Part shown: positions 8,580 through 19,123 of the stretch, in pieces | How the letters are laid out: the number at the start of each line of letters is the position of its first letter | Numbering within the stretch: position 1 is the stretch's first letter | Origin: an archaeon | Lineage (GTDB): Archaea; Asgardarchaeota; Thorarchaeia; Thorarchaeales; Thorarchaeaceae | Assembly: GCA_024275415.1 (NCBI GenBank) | Contig: JAJRZD010000022.1 | Coordinates: 8,375-40,374, forward strand | DNA length: 32,000 nt | Reading direction: 5' to 3' | Program-made: the position numbers and the translations under genes | Notes under the pieces: generated by a model | Seen by the model: only the letters and a program-made list of their open reading frames with translations | What the model was told of the DNA's origin: nothing | Databases searched by the model: none

Positions 8580-10148
8580 CTATAGGACATCCTTGAAACA
8601 GTCAGCAGAATAGAAATTGTCCTCGTCCTCTGAATGGTTCGTGTACCAAACCTGTGCGAAGAATGGATTTCTTTTGGCCATCATGTCAAAATCCCAAGGA
8701 GGGGGGGCGCATTCTGGGCACCAGTGCCCTGTCTTTAGAACCAAGTAAGGGGATGCTTCGAATGAGTGTCCGAAGGCACAACACCATAGCAGCTTCGCAT
8801 ACATGTCACCATCCCATGACTCAGATTCAAGCAACCCACCACGGAAAGTTGCAGCCTGTCTAAGGTCGGAGATTCCGAGGTCAGACTTGGATTCATCATA
8901 TCCATGATCTAGACGCTTCCATTCAGGTCTCAAGCAGGACTCGTCGAACTGGTTCCAGTCGCCAATAGACTCGTATACCTCCATTGAGCCATAAAAGGCA
9001 TTGATACGTGGCACATTGCCACTACGATACCAGTAGCGTGTCCCGTCTTTGCTGTCGACCATCTTCTCCAATCGTTTGCGAGCTGACCTCCTCACGAACT
9101 TGCGGATGCCAGGTATCTTGTTCAGATGTTTCACGACCTTTAGTGATAATGGGAGATGTTTCTGCACCAGCTGATAGTAGTCCTCCAGAGAGTCCCCCCA
9201 GTTATGGATATATTCGTTAAGGATCCCGCTGTCCTCAAAATACTGGCAATGGAAGTTTCTCAGGGCGAACCAGTTCCGATCCATTATCTCCCTGAAATCG
9301 TCAATCCCAAAGATAGCGTACAAGCGTTTCAAATACTCGTAATAGGTTACTCTGCACGATGGCCCACCACCCATGTTGTAGACACGCCTCCAGAATTCGG
9401 AGTCCTCTGGTACATCTAAGCAGTTGACCAGTCCCCGTCCGGCATCCCTACTAGTGTTGAGTTCGATGCAGGTTTCCAATGGCTGATGGAACATTATAGG
9501 ATCCAATAGACTCATGGCATCGGGAATTGCGATGAAGGTCTGCCTCAACGAAACCCAGTATTTTAGACCAGATTCTATGACTGCTCGCTCCCCTGCGATT
9601 TTGCAGGTCGCATAGAAATCAAAGATACTTGGTTTGAGGGGGTCACCAACGCGTCCCATGTGTATCTCACCCAAGCGATCCCCAGTTTCGGCCACGGATC
9701 CCACGTACACCAGCTTGATGTGATCCTGCCCACCGACCTCATAGATTGCCTGTATGATATGCTCGACAGCAGTGATGTTGACTGCCCTCGAAGTTTCAGG
9801 GTCGTGGTCAGCTGCCGGGGCTATGAACGCCATCGGTGAGAGGATCCAGTCTACACCACGAACCGCTTCGAGCATGTCAGAATAGACGGTCGCATCGCCC
9901 CATACGATCTTGAAACCATCACCTTCCGCAACACCCGACCCCTCGATGTCATTAACACCACATGCCCTTTCATACCTACGGAAGAGCTTCTTGTTCTTTT
10001 GTGATGGCCGTAGAAGCAATACAATGTCAAATCTACGTACACCATCAGCATTTGCTCTGGACCAGAGTTCCTTGAACGCTTCGAAACCCATCGAGCCAGA
10101 GCCGCCCAATAGAAGCACCGATTCTTTCACGGATCGTACCACATCCAA
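8580..10148 (-). CDS. NAD(P)-dependent epimerase/dehydratase-family oxidoreductase with C-terminal Cys/His zinc-finger-like domain
   Basis: Rossmann motif LLLGGSGSMG, YATCK (YxxxK), and C-terminal WCCAFGHSFEASP...GHWCPEC. Confidence 0.88.
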   Translation of the reverse strand: MDVVRSVKESVLLLGGSGSMGFEAFKELWSRANADGVRRFDIVLLLRPSQKNKKLFRRYERACGVNDIEGSGVAEGDGFKIVWGDATVYSDMLEAVRGVDWILSPMAFIAPAADHDPETSRAVNITAVEHIIQAIYEVGGQDHIKLVYVGSVAETGDRLGEIHMGRVGDPLKPSIFDFYATCKIAGERAVIESGLKYWVSLRQTFIAIPDAMSLLDPIMFHQPLETCIELNTSRDAGRGLVNCLDVPEDSEFWRRVYNMGGGPSCRVTYYEYLKRLYAIFGIDDFREIMDRNWFALRNFHCQYFEDSGILNEYIHNWGDSLEDYYQLVQKHLPLSLKVVKHLNKIPGIRKFVRRSARKRLEKMVDSKDGTRYWYRSGNVPRINAFYGSMEVYESIGDWNQFDESCLRPEWKRLDHGYDESKSDLGISDLRQAATFRGGLLESESWDGDMYAKLLWCCAFGHSFEASPYLVLKTGHWCPECAPPPWDFDMMAKRNPFFAQVWYTNHSEDEDNFYSADCFKDVL

Positions 10149-10262
10149 TTTTTGGAATCTTCGAGTGTGAAGTACCTACTTTAAGGTATCCAGTGTTTAG
10201 GTGGGCATATAGTCATAGTTAAATCGTGACGAGGTTGAAACGCAAAATGCCGGGGAACGCTC

Positions 10263-10925
10263 ATGTGGACAAAATCAGGTGATAGCAATCAAGGCCATGA
10301 TAGCATAGAGCATGTGATTGTGTCTCTGCTCGATAGCGGGCTTTCCATATTTCACCATTCATTCGTTGATGAGGAGGTAGACCCGGATCTTTTCAGTGCT
10401 TTGATCACTGCGACCTCGGTTCAACAAAAGCTCCAATCAGACTCAAACGATCGCATCCTTCAAGAACAGTTCCAGATCGAGAGATATACTGCAAGTGTCT
10501 GTCACGGAGAGTATCTCGCAGGCATCATTGTAGGATCCGGGAGTGTCAACAACGAAGTCATGAATAGGTTCCTCAAGTTTCTTGCCTCATTTGAAGAGGA
10601 ATACAAGTTCATATTGAAGAAGGCGTGGAATGGTGACAGGTCATTCTTCGACCACAAGTGGGCCCTGAATCAGTTGAAAGAGAACCTTGCTCGGCCAGCA
10701 GAGGGACTTCAATTGCACCAAAATGCTATGCAGAAGGCTGAGAATGCCAGACAGATTCGGCTCGTTCTACTTCTCAAACGGTATACTCACGGAAACGCAG
10801 TTCCCAAAAATGAGCTGATCCAATTGATTGGTGATGACCTACAGATACATGCCAAACAAGCAGAGGATTACGTCAATGACTTGGTTTCAGTAGGCATTCT
10901 TTCCGAGCGGTTTCAGAAGCGATAG
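10263..10925 (+). CDS. Longin-like domain protein with C-terminal winged-helix-like segment
   Basis: SGLSIFHHSF...DPDLFSALITA...FLASFEEEYKFILKKAWNGDRSFF follows the Asgard longin-like pattern. Tail ELIQLIGDDLQIHAKQAEDYVNDLVSVGIL is wHTH-like. Confidence 0.6.
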   Translation: MWTKSGDSNQGHDSIEHVIVSLLDSGLSIFHHSFVDEEVDPDLFSALITATSVQQKLQSDSNDRILQEQFQIERYTASVCHGEYLAGIIVGSGSVNNEVMNRFLKFLASFEEEYKFILKKAWNGDRSFFDHKWALNQLKENLARPAEGLQLHQNAMQKAENARQIRLVLLLKRYTHGNAVPKNELIQLIGDDLQIHAKQAEDYVNDLVSVGILSERFQKR

Positions 10926-10959
10926 TTTATTGCTCATGTTCTTTGAAGCATCTACATGA

Positions 10960-11619
10960 GTGAGTGTCGTGCGAATTGATGAAGCAATACTAATGAAGGC
11001 TCGAAAAGAGCAGGAACAAATTGCCTCTTTGGTATTATGCAGCGATGATAGATCTGCCAATTATGACAGCATCATCGGGGTTGATGTCGCCTACAAGGAT
11101 GATAATGCGTTTGCCTGTGCGGTCGTCATGAGTAGGAAGACAGGAAAAGTACTTGGAACCCAGCAACTCACCACCACTTGTGATACTCCCTATATTTCCG
11201 GCTACTTCTACCTCAGAGAGGGGCCCATCCTCATCAGACTCATCCATTCTTTGAAGCATGATGGTGTTTTCCTGATTGATGGGAACGGACAATTACATCC
11301 AAGAAGAATGGGTCTCGCCTCATATGTCGGAGTGAAACTGGATGTCGTGACCATAGGAATCGCAAAGAGATTGATGATGGGCACAATTGGCAAACGTCAT
11401 GGTGCCATCGCACCTGTCATACATGAAGGGACACAGATTGGTACTGCTCTATGGCTCGACAAGGCGAGGAAGCCTGTGTTTGTTTCTGTAGGACACAGAA
11501 TATCTCTTAGGTCAGCTGTCGGCATCGTGATGGAGGTTTCGGTTGGGGGCGTACCTCTGCCTCTTCATATGGCACATCTATGTTCTATTGGTCTTCGAGG
11601 TGAAACTCGTCCCAAGTAG
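10960..11619 (+). CDS. nfi: Endonuclease V (deoxyinosine 3' endonuclease)
   Basis: IIGVDVAY, PYISGYFYLRE, LIDGNGQLHPRRMGLAS, IGIAK and PVFVSVGH motifs. Confidence 0.96.
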   Translation: MSVVRIDEAILMKARKEQEQIASLVLCSDDRSANYDSIIGVDVAYKDDNAFACAVVMSRKTGKVLGTQQLTTTCDTPYISGYFYLREGPILIRLIHSLKHDGVFLIDGNGQLHPRRMGLASYVGVKLDVVTIGIAKRLMMGTIGKRHGAIAPVIHEGTQIGTALWLDKARKPVFVSVGHRISLRSAVGIVMEVSVGGVPLPLHMAHLCSIGLRGETRPK

Positions 11620-11804
11620 AACTTGTCCATTCACCATTCGAGATCTCTCGAGATGCTGTGATTCATATCCGATGAGCGCCTTTTCAACACAAAAGAAAGA
11701 TGGTATAAAAATAAAGAAACGTATATATTATTTAATGAATGTATCATTCATTATGCTCTCTGGAATAATCCATTGAGAGTACGGTTGGTAATGGAGAGAA
11801 TTTT

Positions 11805-13190
11805 ATGAAAAAGTACAACAAAATTCGACTTGGAGCACTGATTGTGATTTCGGTTATCACAATGAGTATGGGTCTTACTGTAGCACCTGTAAGTGCGTAT
11901 GGCACAGGGAGCGGTGGTACAGATGACCCGCATGATTGGATTACTGATCAAGCATTAGTGGTTCTTGGAGCGGATGGGTACACTACGATAAGAGATGAAA
12001 TACAGACATCGACCTATCTAGCAAAGATAAAACAAGGATCTTACGACGCAGATCATGGAAGTGATATCCTAGGAATTCCAGTGACTGCAAGTGAGCATTA
12101 TCACAATCCTGATAGCCATCTTGGCTTGTGGTTAGTGATTAGGTTCAAGAGTGCTGCGACCTACGCGCAAGAGAATTTTGAGAAAGCTGTCAAATACTAC
12201 AAGAATGGGGACAAGGCAAATGCCTATTACTATCTCGGGTTCGCACTTCATGTCCTACAAGACTTGACTGTTCCTCATCATGCAGCCCTGACACCCTTCA
12301 ACCAACATTCTGAGTATGAGGCGCACATCTACAATCACAAGAGTTACGTGACTGGGGTCACTTCGGGAGGTAGGTATACACTTCCTAATGTAGCAGATCA
12401 TTACAACGATGACAGTGCTTGGGGATGGGTCGACTATAACTCGCATCAAAGCATAGGATACTATTCCTATGTCAATGGCGGGAGCGATGACAATTGGGAT
12501 TATGTCGCCAGCATGATGCTTCCGTTGGCGGTTCGAACTAGTGCAGGATTCCTGAGATTCTTCTACGAGGAAGCGAACAGAGGACGACAGGAAGCCTACA
12601 GGAGCAGCTCGCTTTCAGGAAGTGGGGCTGAATACACATTCTATGTTGATGTGCCATACGGAACACACACGGTGGCCATGGCTGGCAACGAACCTGATGC
12701 CGATTTCGACCTGTATGTCAGATGGAATGCACCTCCAACGACAAGCACCTATGATGCGAAAGGATTCTCAAGTTACGCATTGGAAAAAGTGCAGACAACA
12801 GGGAAAGGCAGACTCTACGTGATGGTTCGTTCATGGAGTGGAAGCGGCAATTTCAAAGCTAGTGTGATCTACGGCGCTTCGCGGGCATCGCTAAGTACAG
12901 GCAGCTCGCTTGGTTCCTCTGGCGCCACGGTCACAAATTCCTTGTCAGGGTCGCTAAGAAATGGATTCATGCACGGTTGGGCATTCCTAGCTGGGCCGGA
13001 CACTGCTGACTTTGATCTGTACATCAGGTGGGGTGCAGCACCCACGACAAGCACCTATGACGATAGAGGCTTCACAGCACAATCACAGGAAATCTGCGAC
13101 AGCTGGATTGACTCATCGAAGACTTTCTATTCGATGGTCCGCTCATACCGTGGCAGTGGTTCTTACAGGTTGCTGCTCTTGATATTCTAG
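11805..13190 (+). CDS. Secreted Zn-dependent phospholipase C / S1-P1-like hydrolase with two C-terminal PPC-type beta domains
   Basis: Signal peptide; Zn-ligand motifs PHDW, GSYDAD, SEHYHNP, LHVLQDLTVPHH and HSEYE; duplicated ADFDLY(V/I)RW...PTTSTYD domains. Confidence 0.88.
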   Translation: MKKYNKIRLGALIVISVITMSMGLTVAPVSAYGTGSGGTDDPHDWITDQALVVLGADGYTTIRDEIQTSTYLAKIKQGSYDADHGSDILGIPVTASEHYHNPDSHLGLWLVIRFKSAATYAQENFEKAVKYYKNGDKANAYYYLGFALHVLQDLTVPHHAALTPFNQHSEYEAHIYNHKSYVTGVTSGGRYTLPNVADHYNDDSAWGWVDYNSHQSIGYYSYVNGGSDDNWDYVASMMLPLAVRTSAGFLRFFYEEANRGRQEAYRSSSLSGSGAEYTFYVDVPYGTHTVAMAGNEPDADFDLYVRWNAPPTTSTYDAKGFSSYALEKVQTTGKGRLYVMVRSWSGSGNFKASVIYGASRASLSTGSSLGSSGATVTNSLSGSLRNGFMHGWAFLAGPDTADFDLYIRWGAAPTTSTYDDRGFTAQSQEICDSWIDSSKTFYSMVRSYRGSGSYRLLLLIF

Positions 13191-13217
13191 ACGCCAGAGA
13201 GATCTCTTTCTCTATTC

Positions 13218-13249
13218 GGGGACGAGATTGTTCGTCCCCTCCCTTTTTT
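13218..13249 (+). terminator. Intrinsic-type terminator
   Basis: GGGGACGA (13218-13225) pairs perfectly with TCGTCCCC (13232-13239), followed by TTTTTT (13244-13249). Confidence 0.7.
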
Positions 13250-13451
13250 GAGCATCACGAAAATGTCATTTGGTCAATCGTTGCAGACAAACTTGTATTT
13301 TCTGTCCGAATCACGATAAAGGGCGCATCACTAGTCTAAGGGGACACTGAATTTCATCTGAAATGTGTCAGCAATTAGATGAACATGTTCGAGAAAAGCA
13401 GAAATATGCTATTGGGAATTAATTGGTACTATTTGACTGGAAAGGAATTTG

Positions 13452-16400
13452 ATGGAACAAGATGCTGCGTCTGCAACATATGCACGCCAACCTAAGATAT
13501 ACGAAACTGATGTACTAAAGATGCTGGTGTTTTCGTTTTTGATCAGTATTATGCTCATACCAGTTATGGTAGAGGCTCCCGTCCATAATGTGAAGACAAT
13601 TGTCCCTACAGCCTTGGAGCATAAGGTTGCCACAACAGCCAACCTGCGCATGGTACAGTTGACGGATCTGTCTGAACACTTGGCAACTGGGAATGTGAGT
13701 AGCTACCGAGGGTTCGCATATTCAGATGATATATCAGATGTTTTGAGGTTCGTTGACCCGATAAATCAGGTCACGTTGAACTAGTCGATCGAAACAGGAA
13801 CTTTGTACAGAAGAACCATTATCGGGGAGGACATGGACAAGGATGGTAGCACGGAATTCATGATAATGAACGATAACGGAACTGCTATCAACCTGCTGAT
13901 TGTTGATTTTAACGATGGCCTGACTACCAAATTTAATGTGTCTATCATAAATCCTCTTAGCATAACAACAGGGAACTTTGGGGGTGATGCAAGTCTGGAT
14001 ATTGCAGTATTTGGACAGTATAGTATCGTCATACTTGATGTCCAGTCAGGCAGCCTTCTAGGTAATTACTCGATTGCAGTTGGTGATTGGTATTCTGCAT
14101 ATTCAGTTGGATATTTCTTGGAAACGTCACAAGATTCGATTGCAGTGGGTATCTGGCCGGCAAGCAATATTGCAAGGATGGATATTGTAGCTGGAAATGG
14201 CTCGGTGATGAGAAGTATTACTTTGCACAACCAAGTTTTCGGACTGGCATCTTTTGAGTACGGTGCGGGACTGGACGAAGTAGCAGTATCAATAACCGAT
14301 GGCAATTTGACAGTCATAGCGCCATCGACAATGACTTCGGTCTTCAACTTGACAGGCTTACCCGAGCAAAGTTATGTTTTACCAGGAGTCTTGAACAATG
14401 ACAACCAAGAAGACCTCGTTGTAGTTTCTACCATGAGTAACTACTCGATATTCATTGATGGGTCGAATGGGTCGATAATACGACAGGGAAATAGACTAGC
14501 TAATTTGGCACAGTCACCTATTAGTGGAAACCCACCCTCTCCGGTGGTGAGCAGTGGATACATGGACGCGGATAATCTCACAGACTACACTGTTCTAAGT
14601 TATCCGGGCAATAAACCATCCTTTCTAAGGGGTTCTGATGGAACCATAGGATATGAGGAGAGTAGGATTCCCGACAAGTCGAGTCAAATCCTCGTATTCG
14701 ATATAAATGGGAATTCAAGAGACGACATCATAGTGCTGAACGGCCTGACAGCCTACATTGTCTTAAGCGATACCCAAGGGCCGCAGGTCATCCCCGAGCC
14801 CCTGTCGCCGCTGCACCCCACAATCCAAGACCCTTACATCAAGATAGAGGTCGAGGTGGTAGAACAGCTTGATGTCATCGCAGCGGATCTGTACATCCGT
14901 TATGACGGGGGCAATTGGAGTCGGCCTACCGAGAACCTTCAGGTATCAGGAAACAGATACTTTGCATTCCTCGTGGGAAAACCAGAGGGCTTCTACGAGT
15001 ATTATCTTGTCTTTCAGGATACATACTTTAACATTGGCACTCTGGGCAATGAAACAAACCCAATGAATTTCACAGTTGCAGGACATCTTTCATGGTTCGA
15101 CACAAAATACCAGAGCACAGGACTGAATCATCGCCTCATGAGCATTGGAAACTCTTCTGATGGTAGAGAGGTGATTTATACGCTGGATTCGAACTCTGGA
15201 AATATCATCCTAGAACGATATTCTACCAGAGGAGAGAATCAGACACTGGCAATATTTCCATTTGGCAACTACAGTGATTTCTCAATCTACACAGGATTAA
15301 TGGATGGTGACAACATCCTTGACCCGATACTCTTGCTGTATAGCGCAACGACATACGATGTGAACGTGTCAATCTATCATGGGAACTCCGGCTCATTATG
15401 GTTTACAACTCAATACCCATACAGAAACACATTCCAACCCGAATCTGCACAGGTATTCGATATTGATAATGACGGGATAGACGAGTTCTTCTTCGTTGCT
15501 GAGAACAGTACCTACAACGGGGAGTTCCTCATCAGATTGCGTGCCGACGGGTCATGGTCACGAACCGAAATTTCTGCGGTAGGAGCAGAGTCCTACGGGT
15601 TGAGCATTGCCAAAACGATAAATGACCACTCAGTGGAGGCAGTCGTTTCTGCAAGTACAGGATACGTGGAGATATTCAATGCCACTAGCATGAGTGTAAT
15701 ATCGACTCATAATGTGACTAGATCTGACCACGCGAGTACGATGGCTATAAGCGTCTACGTACTCAATAACAGATCTGAATCGTATTCGAAGTTCTTGGTG
15801 TATCTGCGGTTCACTGACGCTTCTGGGGTTTCAAGTGGTTTTCAGATCTTTGATGCATCAGTACCTAGCATCAATGAAACCGTAATATATGGTAATACGG
15901 ATGGATACTATTACGCGCCAATCCTCATAGATGTGGATGACGATGGGATTGATGAGGTGTTTGGCGTCAATAGAATAACCAATGAGCTAACACTGTTCAG
16001 GCTGACGGCCCCTGCAACAATAGATTGGACAATCCCAGGTAGCACTTCTGATTTCTTAAGCTCACTAGCTGTTGATTTCGATGGTGACGGTCAAGATGAG
16101 ATCGGGGTCTTCACAAGGCAGGACGAGAACCTCACGATCGTATCGCTTGATGGAACCGTCGAACGGACACTGCCGGTCGGACAGGTGTATGGCAGTATGC
16201 AACTGAGCAGCGTTGACTTGGGCTACGGAGAGGAAATAGCAGCATATCCATTGATACAAGACGGCGTCACCAAAATAGCTGTCATCCGCGATATTGTACA
16301 GATCCGACGCCTTAATGTTTCACTGACTTACGCACCATCAGACCTTTTACAAGGGGATACATTGACAGTTGATGTCGATGTGACAAACATCTATGCTGAG

Positions 16401-18974
16401 CCCATTAACGATGCAGAAGTTTACTTGACCATCCACTACCTTTCAGGTGGTAGTATCATCAACCAGACGAAAGGCCTTATTTTTGGAACCTCGAACTATT
16501 CGACTTCGGTTGCTGTGAACTGGCCTATCGGTATTGTCAATCTGAGCGTGTCTGTCAGACATCCGCTCTACGACCAATGGGAAGAATACTACCCCGGTGC
16601 ATTGACAATAAGAAGTGTCCTAGATGTGCTGGTCTATACTAGGGATATCGTGGTGCAGAACAGCACATTCTCTGCGAATATAACCGTGGCAGATAGTCTT
16701 GGATCACGAGTGTCTGATGCAGAGGTATTGGTAACTTTGGGGGGTGTGGACTATACCGCGCCTTATGTGGGCTCTCAATATAGGGTATCAATTTCAAACA
16801 TTGGCCTCTCACCAGGAGAGTATACTGTCAATACGACTGTTAATCACCCATATGCTTTTGGCATCTCGTCTGCTGTTGCCAATTTCGGGTTAGAAACAGA
16901 CAAGCTCGTAGTTTCGCAGGGGATACCTGCACTTGTGGAACAAGATGATGTGTTCGAGGGCTGGGTGAACATAACGGACGCCTTCAATAGCCCACTTGAG
17001 AACGCCCAAGTCACGCTTGTTGGTAGCGAGATGGAATTCGGTCTCATTGAAGTCGAGCCAGGGGCGTATTATCTGGACTCTCTCATGACTTTGAGTGTGG
17101 GCAACCATTCATTCACCATCATTGTTGAGCATGGATTTGTTCAAGGAACGGAATTTGGGCAGGTTCAAATCATAGTCATGGGAAACCTCATTCCGGTTAT
17201 CGCGGAAGTGCCACCTGTAGATGGCGGTGGGGTGTTCTCCGTTTCTGTGTTCATAAGTGATGGATATGGAACGATGCCGAGTGATACATGGGTGCTGATC
17301 GAGATAGACGGAAGGAACGTCACGGCGATTCACGAATCGGGAACAAAATTCACTGCTGAATTGAATGCTACTTATCCTGCCGGAATGTGGAACTTCACAG
17401 TGTACTATGGCTCAGTATTCAGCCGTGCTAGGAAGATGACCAACAGCATATTTGTCTACTCGAACCCGGTGGTCGAAACCCTATATTCAGATGGCGAATG
17501 GGAGGTAATGCAGGGGAACGACACGATAATAGAGGTCCAGGTGCGAGACTGGCAGGGCACATTGATGAAGAATGCATCAGTGACTCTCTTCATTCGGGGA
17601 ATCACCTATACACTAGGGTATGTCACTGAAGGGGTGTATCAGGCAGAAGTGTCCACGGTTGGATGGCCTTACGGCATTCACACATACTACTTGACTGTTG
17701 GTGGCGAATACCTGTATCAGAATCAATACAGTGGAAACCTGACGGTCATTGCCCGTCCTACTATCATTATCAGGCCTTCAACTACAACACCTGAACAGCT
17801 CTCCACACTCTCCATCACCGTAGATGTCAAAGACCTCTATGACAATCCGATAACGGGTCTTCATCTTGAAGTCACATTTCAGGATGTGACAAAGATTGCA
17901 GAAGAAACATCAGTGAAGGGCACCTATGAAGTTGAATTCACGGTGGAAGGTGTCGGACATGGCTCAAGGGAGATTGTGGTCGGTCTTGAGGGCAGTCTAA
18001 CATATCCAAAGAACACATCGATGACGGTCACTGTAATGGTTGCTGTACCGCGATTGGATTTGAGTCCGATGCAAATCTATACAGCTGCTGGATTATCATT
18101 TTTGATAAGCCTCATCGGAGTACTACTGTTCATCAAGATATCGTCTACCATCCTATCATCTCCAAGAAAGGTCGAGGATGTTACTCGAAGTGTCACATAC
18201 CTCGATAGGACATATCTTGTCATCGTCGCTGCTTCAGGAGCATTGGTCGTCCATTCATGGCTGCTCTATCTGAATGGCTCTTATGTATATGCACTCCTTG
18301 AGAGTGTCATATTACTTGGAGCATCGGTACTGCTCTACGGACTATGGCTTTATCGAGATGCCTACGCTTCGATACTTGTTTCTGGTGATATCAACAGGAA
18401 ACGTACTGCTCTAGGGATGTGGCATCTTGTTCTTGTCCCGTTCATCGTCCTTTTGATATTCGAATACGGGCGATATATCGAGATATTCGCATGGAATATA
18501 TTGGAGAACGTGACCCCATTCGTCATCGGCAACGTGGTGATCGTCCCGATGCTGATGACAATACTGACAACATACCTGAGTAGTATCGTAGTCGTTGTTG
18601 TCAGCTTCTATTGGGAGATACAAAAGGGACTTCGCCGAATCGAAGATATGAAAAATTCAGGCACTCCAGGGAATGTGATCACGGATGAACAAGTGCTACT
18701 TATAGGAAGAACTGGAGCATCAATACGCATAAAGTTCCTCATGTTCCTGTTGGTTCTAGGTGCGATAACGGTAATGCAACTGGAATTTCTCAGGAGCTAC
18801 TCAATGGTTGCGATTGTCCTGCTCCCAATCCTGTTTCTGGTATTGATACCATTCATCTCAACGAGAATCATCAAAGGATTGCCACATGCATATAGAAGAA
18901 TTCAGCGTACAAGAGAGGGGGGGTTTGACGCGGAAGAAACATATGAACCGGATGAATTAATAATGGATACCTGA
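13452..18974 (+). CDS. Giant (~1840 aa) surface protein: signal/TM, FG-GAP-like propeller repeats, Ig-like stalk, ~7-TM C-terminus; interrupted by one in-frame TAG at 13782-13784
   Basis: Track ORFs 13449-13784 and 13803-18974 are in the same frame, joined by AAC-TAG-TCG ATC GAA ACA GGA ACT TTG. The hydrophobic leader is only in the first ORF. Repeated DxDxDGxxE/D motifs are in the second. Confidence 0.85.
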
Positions 18975-19123
18975 ACACACATGGCAGATCACACCAGCCA
19001 ATAGGAGTCACTGAGAACTCCTCAAAGATGCGTTGGAAACCAGTCCCATCTTGATGTGCTCGGAATCACATCTGTCGGCAGACCCATAGTTGCGGGTATT
19101 ACCGACGAGTCCATCAAATGAAA

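Noticed and set aside
19056-19106. Imperfect hairpin (GTCGG...CCGAC, about 19073-19105) between the convergent giant gene and pccB
   Set aside because: Several mismatches; explainable as a terminator or 3'-UTR structure, with no family match.
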